A DNA stretch of 64,000 nt from Tubulanus polymorphus (lineage: Eukaryota; Animalia; Nemertea): assembly GCF_964204645.1 (NCBI RefSeq), contig NC_134030.1, positions 21,536,210 to 21,600,209 of the forward strand, written 5' to 3'. Within the stretch, counting starts at the first letter, position 1; the number at the start of each line of letters is the position of its first letter. The notes beneath the pieces are model-generated. The model was not told the DNA's origin. It saw only the letters and a list, made by a program, of their open reading frames with translations, and did not search any database. A program made the position numbers and the translations under genes. Shown here piece by piece: positions 1-13,090 of the stretch.

Positions 1-350
1 TTTTGAAGTCTTGATTTAAAAAAAAATCGTGAATCCAAATCCGATCATCAAACGAGTCTCAAAAAAACATTCACACTTTTCTACTGTCAGTGTTTGGTAT
101 AGTTTTCATTGATAATTGATTTACTCAAAGAGAAGAAAATTTGATTCGATTTTAATTGAAATCTAGAAGAAATTCCACTTTTGATTTTGAAGTCTTGATT
201 TAAAAAAAATCGTGAATCCAAATTTGATCATCAAACGAGTCTCAAAAAAACATTCACACTTTTCTACTGTCAGTGTTTGGTATAGTTTTCATTGATAATT
301 GATTTACTCAAAGCAAAGAAAATTTTATCTGATTGTAATCTAGAAGAAAT
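1..350 (+). repeat. Direct repeat, two ~184-bp copies in an ALIX intron
   Basis: TTTTGAAGTCTTGATTT...TTTACTCAAAG occurs at 1 and again at ~185. Confidence 0.85.
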
Positions 351-438
351 TGAAAAGTAACTAGGCAACTAGCGACATCTGGTAACTACAATTTCTAAAA
401 TTTGCCGGGTTTTGGCATTCAAAGGGTCGGCAATAACA

Positions 439-727
439 CAGGGTGCGCCACTTTCATTTGACTTGCTTTTTCCCCCTGACTATTCCCTGACACGCGCGTT
501 GTTTTCCCTGACTTGATCCGCTAAGACTACGATCAATTAACATTAGTCAAATACGTAAAGCATAGACTGAAACAGTTTGATCAAGCAATCATAACAAAAT
601 TTCCCCGACTTTCCCCCGATTTTCAGCATTCTTTCAAACAAATTTCCCAACTTTTCCTCCTTGACTTTTTAAACAAGACAAAATTCCCTGACTTTTCACC
701 GATTTGCAGGTAAGTGGCGCCACCCTG
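439..727. mobile_element. MITE with TIRs CAGGGT(G)GCGCCACTT and 5-bp TSD TAACA
   Basis: Inverted ends at 439 and 727, TAACA on both flanks, and internal TTTCCCTGAC subrepeats. Confidence 0.8.
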
Positions 728-771
728 TAACAAGCAATTTCCGGGTACGATAAAATCCTAGTGCTACTTAC

Positions 772-3700
772 AATAGGCAGGGGGCGCTACCGAGGTGTTA
801 GCGGCGGCATACGTCTGAGATACAGGTGGAGGGCGTGGCGGTGCTACTGGCGCGGTAGTTGAACCGGAGGCAGGTGGCGGAGGGCGCGCTGGTGCGGTCC
901 GTTTTGGCGCTTCAGCTGCGTATACACACAATATATAACATCAACCAAAACGAAACAACAAAAGCAAAAAGCGTGAAAATAGCGAAATATAGATGTTAGT
1001 AAAAATAACCGGTACTTCCACAGAGCAGACGGATGCTTCCTAAATCCCCCCTATGACATCATCAAATTACTCATAACATAGATGGGACATGTCACCCAAT
1101 GACCTCACCAGATTTGACCAAAAAAGATGGATGTGAAAAGATCCGAACTATTTGGCTATTTTGATGATGTCATAGGAGGATCTATGGAGGCGGACATCTT
1201 TCCTAGCAGTGTCTATAGATCGAATCACTAATTCGATGATGTCATAGGGGGAATTAAGGAAGTGGCCGTCTTTTCGTTTTGATGCTAGTTGAATATAGAA
1301 ACATGCTGCGTATGATGAAGTACAAACCGGGTTGTTGCGTCGGTTGGTGATAGCTCGGGGCAGCAGGTGGCGTCTGAGTCGGCTGATTGGCGATCGTACG
1401 TTGTAGGTCTTTCATCAGCTCGTCGCGTTCCGTTTTACGCGCGAAGCAGAAATCGCTGATTTTGCCTTGACAACGCAGCAACAATTGAGTCAGATCGTTA
1501 TAGAACTAGAAAACGAACGAAATTTGAATGATAAAAAAAAAAAACTTTCGAAAAACATCGAGTTTAAATTTCGACTGTCGCAGTGTAGTTACGGTAATGA
1601 GTTTTTGTCTCTATTAAAAGATGGCAGCACCTATCAAACAGTGAAATAGTAGTAACTAATAATACACCGCACTGTGGTGTAGATGCACTATAGGCATTAT
1701 TCAAAATCCTGAGGTGGAAATATTCAAATCATCTCAAGCAACTTCAGGTATTAATTAGTCAGCACTAATTAATCAGTCAGAAAGAATATAGAATGACAAC
1801 AGACCATTTTCTGGCCGAATTGAAATTGTATTCGAAACATTTTTTCGAGATTTCCGGCTATCCACTTTTTCACATACCTTATTCCCTTCTTCGAGATTGT
1901 TCTTCAGTTCCATGTACCCGTCGAAAGCCTCGGCTAAATCCTTCAGCACTTTATCGCGTTCGGCTGCGCTCTGATTCGACTGACGCGCCTGCGCGAATTC
2001 ACTATTAGCCCGCTGTAAAAACGAATACAAATAAATATATTTGAGTTGAAATCCAATGAAATACAGCGTTCTTCGTCGTCATCAGACGTTCTACACAGCT
2101 ACAACAGAGATACACATCAGAGATAAAAATAATAGTCACCTAGTTTCAGTTTTGAGTGAATTTTGATGTTTTGGGTTTAAAAAATACTAGGAAATGAACT
2201 GAACAAGTTGAAATAGACATTAGACATGCAAGGAATCAATTTGGACGGTATTTTTCATTGATATTGTGCATGGTTCCCGCAGTTATATGAATTCAAAATT
2301 TCAAAGTTTTTCCCAAGTATTTCATGGGTGATTTTTCAATTTTCTCAAATGGAAATGAACACATATCGTCATGCTACAACCAACATTTTAGCGGTGACTG
2401 GTTAAAAAGGTGATTTTCAAGGGAAATCGCTGAAGAAAGTTGCCCTCGGCAAATGCAATATGTGAAATGTAATGAATTTCCCAAATATTTCCCTGATTTG
2501 ACGAAAATTTCTCAAATTCCCAAATATTTCCTAACCGGGAATTATCATATCCAAAATTTCCAAGTTTTTCCCAATTTCCCCGTTCTGTGGGAACCGTGAT
2601 TGTGGGTTATTCAATATAACCTGTACCTGTATTTCGGCGAGTAACGTCTCCTGTCTGTGCAGACTATCGTTCACCTGTCCACGGAGCGGTCCGAACATCG
2701 TGTCTAACTCTTGCTCCGATATCGACTCTTGATTGACGATTCCGTCTGCCGCCAACGCGTTCATAAACTTCGACGCTACGGAGAGAATTTCAAATATACA
2801 TGATGATGTCATAGGGGGATCTAAAGATGCGGACATCTTTTATGTAAGTGTCCCTGAATCAAATAACTAGTTGGCAATTTGATGATGTCAAAGGGGATTT
2901 ATGGTGGAGGCAGACATCTTTTCTGTAAGTGTCCCTGAATCAAATAACTAGTACACAATTTGATGATGTCATAGGGGATCTTAAGATGCGGACATCTTTT
3001 ATGTAAGTGTGTGAATAAAATAACTACTAAACAATTTGATGATGTCATAGGGGGATTTATGAAGGTAACCATCTTTCCTCTTGATTAAGAGTTCATACGT
3101 CAAATTACTAGAAGGTTATTTGACGATGTCATGGGGAACCGGCTTTGAAGAAGATTCTGTATATTATATCAATAGAATTTTGGATCAAATACTAGTTGGC
3201 GATTTGATGATGTCGTAGGGGAATTTACGGAGGTAGACATCTTTTCGTGAATATCCGGTGAAAGGGAAGAATAGACATTTACAAACCCATATCAAATTTG
3301 GTATCTTTAATTTCCACCTCCATTGCTTCGCGTTCAGCTTTGATCGTGTCGACATTTTTCATCAGGTCACGTAACTGTTTCACGGCTGCGCTGTTATTGA
3401 GTTGAGCTTGTTGCGCAGCAGACGGCATACTGCTCTCTAGATCACCCTGAAAATAGACCAAATACCAGCATCGGTCAGAGTCAGGGGTCAATTGAACAAA
3501 ATACGGTTTAAATTGGTTAACATTGGGCGGTTTCAATCAAACTGTTTGACCCTTTCAGTGCGTCTAAACCGCATTGCAGTGTATGAATCAGCGATGGATT
3601 TTGCTAGTACACCGCACTGCGGTGTATTGGTGTAATTAGTTTTTATCTCTATTGAAAGATGGCAGCACCTGTCAAACATAGTGAAATACTAGTAACTAAC

Positions 3701-4928
3701 GATACACCGCACCATGGTGTATACGCATTATAGTGGTACGTCCGTTATTCAACACACTAGGGTGGAATTTTTCAAAATTTTCAAATCATCTACAGCACTA
3801 TAGGGTATTGATTAGTCAGCACTGAAAGGGTTAAAGGGTTTTCTACTAAATGTAAAACATGAACATCTCTTGATGAAAATAGATGTAAAACATGAACAGG
3901 GTTTTTAATAGATCTCAATAATTTCGATTTTTTAAAACCTTTTCGATCCTGTGATTGTTGGACTTATATTCTATTCGTCTCTCGCGATTCATTGCGTAGT
4001 TTTACCACATGAAAATCTCTATATAACCGTATGTAGATGTTCTACAGTTTGACTACTGTTTTAATTGTCACTATGTCCATGGTTCCCACAGTTATATGAA
4101 TTCAAAATTCCCAAGTATTTCATGGGTAATTTTTCAATTTTCCCAAAAGGAAATGAACACATATCATCATGCTACAGTCAACATTTTAGCGGTGACTGGT
4201 TGATAAAGGTGATTTTCAAGGGAAATCGCTGAAGAACGCCGCCCTTGCCAAATGCGATATGTGAAATGCAATGAATTTCCCAAGTATTTCCCTGATTTGA
4301 GGAAAACTTTTCAAATTCCCAAATATTTCCAAACCGGGAATTATTATTTCAAAATTCCCGAGTTTTTCCCAATTTCCCTGTTCTGTGGGAACCATGCTAA
4401 GTCAGTGATTCACTGGTTAACTTTATTTAACCAGTTTTAAATAAGTAGTTAACCACAGTTTTGATTTTCACTCAAATTTCGATCGCCGAAACCGGACTTA
4501 CCGGTGACTTGCTCAACATTTGAATTCCGTTTCGTAGACTTCCGTATTTGGTCTTGACGACGGTGTCCGCCTGTACGGCCGTGTCCAGGATGCCTTTGTA
4601 TTTGGCGATCTCGGCGCGTAGCGTCTCCGTCAGTTTCTCAGACGCCGTACGCGTCCATCGCTCTTTAAACTGCGTTCTCAACTGCTGGTCCGACGTCTGT
4701 TCGTCGTCTAAAAGTCGGAAACACTAAAAAAAGTAGAAATCAGGCACCGTTTTGAAATACTGGTTTATTTTTGTTCCAGAATTGTCGATTCAAAGCTATG
4801 CTTTTTTATATTTTCCCCTCTGATAAATTATGTCAACTTATACTTAATTTAAGCAAAAACATGATAATTTATGAATTGTATATTATTTGTTATAGATTGC
4901 TATAATTTTCAGAAAATAAATAAATAAA

Positions 4929-4996
<68 letters not shown>

Positions 4997-7900
4997 TAAT
5001 AATAAATCACAACTAGGTTCGTTTACTAATTGCGTTCTAATGACGAGTAGTACTTTTAAAGGTTAACTATCTATTTGATGCACCGAGCTCTCGCTACTAA
5101 TGTATAGAAGCTTCATCGGGTGATGATCAGAAAATTTCATGTCTGTAGCAGGGTGGCGCCACTTTCCGCCAATTAACAAATTCCCCGTGACTAACTAACT
5201 ATACTTGGTTTCTAATTCAGTAACCTCCTAATTGGGTTAAAACATTGTATCGACCAAACTGTATCGATTTTAGTGATGTAGTTATTATGTACAACTACAA
5301 ACATTTCTAATTGCCTATTTTTCAAAATTGAAGGAGTTTTAGAGGAGTTTTGGGCAATTTGCTCGAATTAAATGAGTTTTCGTAGGAGGAGCTTTTTAAG
5401 GGATCGAAAAGCCGTAGGGACCGCGTTTCGGCAACTAATTTCATCAGCTCTCCGCGTTCCTACCTCGTCGAGAATCTCGCGGTTTCGTTGCAGAGATTCC
5501 GGCAGCTCTTGCATCAGTTTCTCGATCGCCGTGATGCCGCCGAGTTCTGAGATTTTCGCCGCCTTCTCGAGCACGGACTGCGGTAATTTTCCGCCGCCCG
5601 ACAAATCCTCGATCGCCGCAGGCAGATTCAACGAAGCCAACACGCTAAATGAAATATACCACAACAGTACGCTTAACCTCGGTTTCAATTAAGTTACAAA
5701 ACTATGATGCAAAACTATGACTAGGATGAAGTAATATAGACTGCTGGATCCACAGTTGGGAGTTAAGATTTGACTCTGAGTTAACTCATTGAAAATGAAC
5801 TAATTTTAACTCAGAGTTAACTCTTTCAGTGCGTCTACACCGCAGTGCAGTGTACGAATCAGTGATGGATTTTGCTAGTACACCGCACTGCGGTGTATTG
5901 ATGTAATTAGTAATTATCTCTATTGAAAGATGGCAGCACCTGTCAAACATGGTGAAATACTAGTAACTAATGATACAACGCGCCGCGGTGTAACGCACTA
6001 TAGTGCTATTCCCGTTATTCAACACACTAGGGTGGAATTTTTCAGAATTTTCAAATTATCTTCAGCACTACAGGTTATTAATTAGCCAGCACTGAAAGGG
6101 TTAACTCTAACTTACAACTGTGGAACCGGGTCCTGGGTATCAAAGTTATGCCTCACTTGGACCAAGTTTTATAGACTGTGGCATGGTGGATATTAAGGTG
6201 TTTGACTGACAACCGAGAGGTTGTGGGTTCGAATCCTAGTGAAACCATGGTTATACGGGAAGGACACATATCAGTGCTTGTCGACTCACTGATTTAACAA
6301 CAAAAGTCCGTACCTGGCGAAAATCTTCAACACGATGAAGTTGGCCAGTAATAGGTAGAACTAGGTAGAACTCAGTATGAAAATTATCCTAAAGCATAAA
6401 TCCTTAATCTGGACCTGGTTTCATAGACTGGGTATGAAAGTTATCCTTAGAGATAAAGCATTAACCTGGACCTGGTTTTATAGACTGGGTATCAAAGTTC
6501 ACCTTATGGATAAGGCTTCAACTTGGGCCCGCTTATGTTGACCGGGTATCTAAGTTACCCCTAGCGGTAAATCCTCGACCAATACTCGGTTTCACAGACT
6601 GGGTATGAAAAGCTAACCTAAGGCGTAGATCCTTGATCTATACCTCGATTTATAGACTGGATATCAGGATTGTCCAAATAGGGATAAGGATTCTTCCGTA
6701 CCCTGCCTTACCTTATTTAATAAAAGTGGTCGCCTCCCGCACCCTGCCTTACCTATTTAATAAAGTGGTCGCCTCCCGCAGTCTGGAAACTTCCTGGTTA
6801 ATTATTTCAGCTTTGCGCGAATCGAAAACGCCCAAAGCTTGATGCACGGCTAGTGGTACCAGTTTATCAAACAGATCTGAAAAAAAAAACAACAAATTTT
6901 CTATATTAATTCTAGGCGGACTTTTAACCCTGTAAATGGTGATTTCATAGACCAGTTTTTAACGTGAAATTCCCAGATTTAACTATAAGATATCCTCAGT
7001 GAGGGCTGTTTCTCATCAAGAGGTTCCTTGTGTCACTCATCACCAGCAAGAACAACAAGACACCAAAAATTCAAATTCCCAGATTTAATTATAAGATATC
7101 CTCAGTGAGGGCTGTTTCTCATCAAGAGGTTCCTTGTGTCACTCATCACCAGCAAGAACAAGACACCAAAAATTCAAATTCCCAGATTTAATTATAAGAT
7201 ATCCTCAGTGAGGGCTGTTTCTCATCAAGAGGTTCCTTGTGTCACTCGTCATCAGCAAGAACAACAAGACACCAAAAATTCAAATTCCCAGATTTAACTA
7301 TAAGATATCCTCAGTGAGGGCTGTTTCTCATCAAGAGGTTCCTTGTGTCACTCGTCACCAGCAAGAATAACAAGACACCAAAAATTCAAATTCCCAGATT
7401 TAACTATAAGATATCCTCAGTGAGGGCTGTTTCTCATCAAGAGGTTCCTTGTGTCACTCGTCATCAGCAAGAACAACAAGACACCAAAAATTCAAATTCC
7501 CAGATTTAACTATAAGATATCCTCAGTGAGGGCTGTTTCTCATCAAGAGGTTCCTTGTGTCACTCGTCATCAGCAAGAACAACAAGACACCAAAAATTCA
7601 AATTCTATGATTCAATTATAAGATATCCTCAGTGAGGGCTGTTTCTTATCAAGAGGTTCCTCGCGACACTCATCACCAGCAAGAACAAGACACTAAATAT
7701 TCGAATCCCCAACCACATAGAAGGATAAGATTCCCCTGATTCTCCTTGTAGCATTTAACCCTGGAATTCCATGATTTACCAGAACTGTAACGAGAGGGTC
7801 TGATTTTATAGGATAGTTTGAGCCATAGAGACCAACCCAACAATAGCAAAACAGACCTGACAAATTCACTTACGTAAGAAAACTTTTTCAAGCTATATTT

Positions 7901-10900
7901 TTCATTGTGGAATTCAAAATTACCTTTGAAATTGTTGCAAAGCGGAGCCGTCAACGGTAGAGGCTTCGCGATCGGCGCCTTGCCGATCGGGGACAGTGTT
8001 TTCACACCGGGAACGATGTCGTGGTAGATGAAATCGTTGTCTTTCTTGACGGTTTGTAACTGTCGGTTCATTCGATCTTTATCGTCGGTGAATTTAAACG
8101 TGTTTCCGGCGCGTGTTTCGGCCGCCTGCATCAACTCACACGCGTGCTGCAAATATTCATACACATACATCAACACTTCATATATCAGTCATTCCTGGAT
8201 ATAAGGAATTTCAACAGGGTCCCTACAGATATCAGTCATTCCTGGATATAAGGAGTTTTAACAGGGTCCCTACAGATATCAGTCATTCCTGGATATAAGG
8301 AGTTTTAACAGGGTCCCTACAGATATCAGTCATTCCGGGATATAAGCAGTTTTAACAGGGTCCCTACAGATATCAGTCATTCCTGGATATAATGAGTTTT
8401 AACAGGGTCCCTACAGATATCAGTCATTCCTGGATATAAGGAGTTTTAACAGGGTCCCTACATATATCAGTCATTCCTGGATATAAGGAGTTTTAACAGG
8501 GTCCCTACAGATATCAGTCACTCCTGGATATAAGGAGTTTTAACAGGGTCCCTACAGATATCAGTCATTCCTGGATATAAGGAGTTTTAACAGGGTCCCT
8601 ACAGATATCTGTCATTCCTGGATATAAGCAGTTTTAACAGGGTCCCTACAGATATCAGTCATTCCTGGATATAAGCAGTTTTAACAGGGTCCCTACAGAT
8701 ATCAGTCATTCCTGGATATAAGCAGTTTTAACAGGGTCCCTACAGATATCAGTCATTCCTGGATATAAGCAGTTTTAACAGGGTCCCTACAGATATCAGT
8801 CACTCCTGGATATAAGGAGTTTTAACAGGGTCCCTACAGATATCTGTCATTCCTGGATATAAGCAGTTTTAACAGGGTCCCTACAGATATCAGTCATTCC
8901 TGGATATAAGCAGTTTTAACAGGGTCCCTACAGATATCAGTCACTCCTGGATATAAGGAGTTTTAACAGGGTCCCTACAGATATCTGTCATTCCTGGATA
9001 TAAGCAGTTTTAACAGGGTCCCTACAGATATCAGTCATTCCTGGATATAAGGAGTTTTAACAGGGTCCCTACAGATATCAGTCATTCCTGGATATAAGGA
9101 GTTGACAACTGTACAACTACAAACTAGATAAAAATTTCTAATTGCTTATTTCTCATAAATGAAAGATTTTTATAAAGGAGTTTTAAGGCATTTTACTCAA
9201 ATTGAAGGAGTTTCAAGCACATTTAAAAGCATTTTCTGTTTAGGAGGAATGAAGCAGTCGTAGGGACTCTGATCATTTCAATCTGAACTTAGAACTCTCG
9301 AACAGTGCAAACATCGAAACAGTTTTTCTCATAATTTTCCGGATTTGTCGTACTTTTACGCGTTAATTCAAAATAGAATAAGCAGTTACTGATCACAATC
9401 TGGACAGTTGCCCGGGCTATAATGATACCTGTAACCTGGCGATCTGTTCTCCGAATGCTTTCTTCTCACCGGCGACCTGCGCCTGGTGATACTCGGCGAG
9501 ACTGTGAAACGCCGCTTGACGTCCGGCCACAAACCCAGTCCAATCCTACAAATCAACGAAACACATATCAGCATCATTTAACCCTTTCAGCGTGGAGCGG
9601 CATATAAATCCGCCCAAAAACCCTATATCGCGTCCACCACCCCGTGCGACGTATTTATGTTATCAGTTATTAATTAAATCAGTAATTAAATCTAGTGAAT
9701 GATGGCAGCACCTGTTAACCATTATGAAATATAACTAACAATGCACAGCACTGCAGGGTAGACACATTATTAGCAATATGCCCGTTAAACACCGCACCTG
9801 GGGGGATTTTCCAAAAAAATATTGATGCATGTTGCATATTGATGCAGGCTGCACTGCGAGGTAGAGATGATGTATAGATGTATGTATGTCATACATCGCA
9901 CTGGGGTGAAATTTTACTTACTCGTGGCCACATATCTTTGATTGAGTTTAACTGTAGTAGCGTCAATGCCTCCGAGTACAGGTCACTGCATTGCTGAGCA
10001 ACTTTAGCAATTATAGCATCTTTCATACGATCTGCACAGAAATATAACAACGTACTTTAGTAGCCCGGTCACTGAGCAGAGGGGGAGATACGGGGAAAGT
10101 AGAGATGACGGAAAGGAAAGGGAGAGAGAGGATATGACAAGGGAAGAGAGAGGGGAGGGAGGGGGTAGAGAGAGGGGGAAGTGAGGTCGATGACAGGGAG
10201 TAGAAGCGGAAGCGTTTATGCAATACCTTTTCTCGCTTTTCTGAAGAAACAATCCTGAGCTTGTGCAACCATGAGAGCGCTGAGCGCAGATAGAGCGTCC
10301 GGACTCAGATCAGGAGTCGGATCTTGTTGTACGTGAGACAAAACACAGTCCTTTAAATGGCTGAATATTCCACTGGCATTCTAAAAAAACAACCACAATC
10401 ACCCGGTATCAGATTAACTGAAATTACAACACAACTATTGACAACATCTTTCACTGAAGGGTCTACAGATGTTATAGGGGGATTTATGGAGGCAGACATT
10501 TTTTCAACAAAGTCAACATTTTTTCAACATAGACAAATTGATGATGTCATAGGGGGTTCTTTGAAAGCAGACATCTTTTTTCGCTGGAAGTATCTATCAA
10601 ATCATTCTAGTAGAAGTTCTATGGAGGCAGCCATCTTGTCTGGAAGTATTGTGGACAATTTGACCGACGTCATGGAGGGATTCTAGGAAAACGTTTGATC
10701 TAGTAGACTCTCTTTCCGATGAATACAGGTCCCTACAGATCAGCCATTCCCGAGGGACCTTGAGTGGGTATATTTGATGACGTCTTAGAGAAGAAACCAT
10801 CTTTCCGAATCCAGTGTGTTTTGAATTATATTTAACAAACCTGGAAATATTTAGCAGACGCCTTCAGCCCGTCGTCGCTGTCATGATTCTGGTTCTCTGC

Positions 10901-13090
10901 TAACTGTGACTGCAGGGCCGCGATGTTGAATAGAACGCAAACTTTCTCGTACGTACCAGACGCGATCGCTATCAGAATAGAAAACAATAACTCTTCATTC
11001 AACAACATCAGGCTACTGCGGCGATAGAGGATCCACTTGTAGCAATTGAGGATCCACCAGGTGTCACTAGAGTGCAGTAGGACATCAACTACTGCGGCAA
11101 TAGAGGATTCCACTTGTGGCAAGTGAGGATCCACCAGGTGTCACTAGAGTGCAGTAGGACATCAACTACTGCAGCAATAGAGGATTCATCTTGTGGCAAG
11201 TGGGGATCCACCAGGTGTCACTAGAGTGCAGTAGGAAATCAACTACTGCGTCAATAGAGGATTCCACTTGTGGCTAAAGATTCACCAGGTGTCGCTAGTG
11301 TGCAGTAGGACATCAACTACTACGACAATAGAGAAATCCACCTGTGGCAAGTGAGGATCCACCAGGTGTCATTAGAGTGCAGTAGGACATCAACTACAGC
11401 GGCAATAGAGGATCAACTTATGGCAAGTTAGGATCCACCAGGTGTCGCTAATGAACTTACATAAACTCTTTTTGCCTCCGAAGATAGAATCTTTACCGAA
11501 CGCTGAATACCACTTGAAATTGATGCGAATCTGAAAAGAAATTAAAAACTCATCACTGAGGAAAAATGAGTTTTTCCATAGCCTCAAATTTTCGCTGGGA
11601 TAATAATTTCACGAACCTGGTTTTCGGCGATGGGCAGCTTTGACTCGATGGCCGCCAGTTGGTCATAATAGCTGGAATAAAATTACAGATGAAATGCAAG
11701 AATTTTAGGGTATTTCTCCCTTTAAAAAGGAATTCCAGAATTTTAGGGGCTATAGGAACCATGAGTGATCTGATTATTGATCGAACCATTTACAAGAACT
11801 AATAACTACTCTGTCAGTAGTAGGGTCGGAGGTTAATTCAATTGTTTATTGATCATTTTGTTAAAAGGGAATGTTAAACATATCAGATTTCCAAATTCAT
11901 TAAAGTTACAAATTTTTAAAATAAGAAAATACAACTTATAAAACATATATACGTAATCTATAATTATACGGTTATCTATTAAGCCTTAACTTTATTTAAA
12001 AAATCAAGACAGTAATAAAACATTGTATCAGTGACTCATGATAATAAGCACAAAAATGTGAGTTTGACTCACACACAGGACATCACAGAACTGTAATTAG
12101 TAGGTAACCTGCCTGCTGTATTGTAAAAATTATAATCTATACAGAGCAGATTATCGTTTCTTAGTATCTTAAACTCTAATACCGGGCCCTGTCAGTAGTC
12201 TGACCTGAGCACAGGCACTTGAATATGGGCTTTGATAATGGATAAATATTTGATAATTTACCAGCGATACGTTAATCCTACTTTAATAGATCCGCCATGT
12301 TTTAAAATAAATTTACCCATTGTGCAACGCGCGCCGGTCGTTTAGCTATACTATACAGAAAGGCTGGAAACGATCCTATCTCCGTCATGCTTAAATCTAC
12401 CCGCAGTTATCGGGACAGCCGAACACTGCCGATGATTGCCGAAGTACGTCCTTAGTGTCAATTTTAATCCTGAAATATAGGAGCGCCCATGATTTCAATT
12501 GTAGATGATTTTTTTGGAAACATTGACACTGTTTTAGCTCCATTAAAGATTTTAAATGGCAACAAAATTGATTTTTGAAAATTCGCGATGCCTCTTCGGG
12601 ATTGCTGTGACGTCATCTGTCCCGATAACTGCGGGTAGATTTAAGCATGACGGAGATAGGATCGTTTCCAGCCTTTCTGTATAGTATAGCTAAACGACGG
12701 CCGCGCGTTGCATCATGGGTAAATTTATTATAAAACATGGCGGATCTATTAAAGTAGGATTAACGTATCGCTGGTAAATTATCAAATATTTATCCATTAT
12801 CAAAGCCCATATTCAAGTGCCTGTGACCTGAGCCAGAGAAAAGTGAAGGATGGAGCGTGAAGGAAAAAAAAAAGAACTGACCGATTCAAAACGTCTAAAG
12901 TTGACTCGTGTTTATCGGCTAATTTATTGATCACTTGACTCCTCAGTTTGTTGAATTCAACTAAACTCTGTTCGTAATTCTCGGCGGCGACGTTCGCGAA
13001 CGTTGTCGTGATAAATTTCTGAAGCGGTTTCGCGAAATCTACTTCGATCGTCGATTTCGCTGGAACTGACAAATAAACTGCGGCCGCCAT
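772..13090 (-). CDS. PDCD6IP: ALIX / programmed cell death 6-interacting protein (Bro1, V and start of proline-rich domain); 16 exons in window, 3' end continues beyond the left edge
   Basis: Exons with GT-AG ends and consistent phases: 13090-12882, 11671-11617, 11530-11461, 10968-10841, 10380-10227, 10031-9922, 9545-9429, 8146-7924, 6876-6753, 5644-5464, 4723-4502, 3446-3287, 2775-2627, 2012-1878, 1505-1328, 915-772 (~786 codons). ALIX-type motifs: [71 protein letters not shown], and Pro-rich PARPPPPA. Confidence 0.96.
2269..2598. mobile_element. MITE with TIR CATGGTTCCC(G/A)CAG and TSD ATTGTG
   Basis: Inverted termini and a duplicated flank. A near-identical copy lies at 4078-4396. Confidence 0.85.
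3550..3830. mobile_element. piggyBac-like MITE (CCCTTTCAGTGC...GCACTGAAAGGG)
   Basis: TIRs present with TTAA on the right flank. Related copies at 5821-6100 and, partially, 1576-1770 and 9580-9910. Confidence 0.75.
4078..4396. mobile_element. Second copy of the CATGGTTCCC MITE (flanks CTATGTC/CTAAGTC)
   Basis: High similarity to 2269-2598, with TIRs CATGGTTCCCACAG...CTGTGGGAACCATG. Confidence 0.85.
4929..5003 (+). repeat. (TAA)n microsatellite
   Basis: Read directly. Confidence 0.95.
5821..6100. mobile_element. piggyBac-like MITE inserted at a TTAA inside another MITE (host ~5746-6133)
   Basis: TTAA is duplicated at 5817-5820 and 6101-6104. An uninterrupted host element is visible at 61320-61430. 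Confidence 0.85.
6178..6248 (+). mobile_element. tRNA-derived SINE head or tRNA pseudogene
   Basis: A-box-like TGGCATGGTGG and B-box GGTTCGAATCC at tRNA spacing, but no good acceptor stem. Confidence 0.5.
6968..7705 (+). repeat. Tandem repeat, ~7 x 106 bp, in ALIX intron 8
   Basis: ATAAGATATCCTCAGTGAGG recurs at 6985, 7091, 7194, 7300, 7406, 7512 and 7618. Confidence 0.95.
8182..9271 (+). repeat. Tandem repeat, ~20 x 47 bp, formed from a MITE terminus and followed by the MITE body
   Basis: Unit ATATCAGTCATTCCTGGATATAAGGAGTTTTAACAGGGTCCCTACAG runs to ~9102. The body then ends GTAGGGACTCTG, the inverse of CAGGGTCCCTAC. Confidence 0.9.
11020..11450 (+). repeat. Tandem repeat, ~6 x 76 bp, in ALIX intron 3
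   Basis: CCACCAGGTGTCACTAGAGTGCAGTAGGACATCAACTAC recurs about every 76 nt. Confidence 0.92.
12210..12825. mobile_element. Non-autonomous DNA transposon with ~205-bp TIRs in ALIX intron 1
   Basis: 12210-12418 is the reverse complement of 12617-12825. The flank (G)ACCTGAG(C) is duplicated, giving a 7- or 9-bp TSD depending on the end chosen. Confidence 0.9.

Noticed and set aside
6178-6248. Functional tRNA gene (also considered at 57828-57885)
   Set aside because: A B-box is present but the cloverleaf stems do not close; more likely SINE heads.
6968-9102. Regular repeat arrays as possible CRISPR
   Set aside because: Units are head-to-tail with no unique spacers, lie in eukaryotic introns and have no cas genes nearby.
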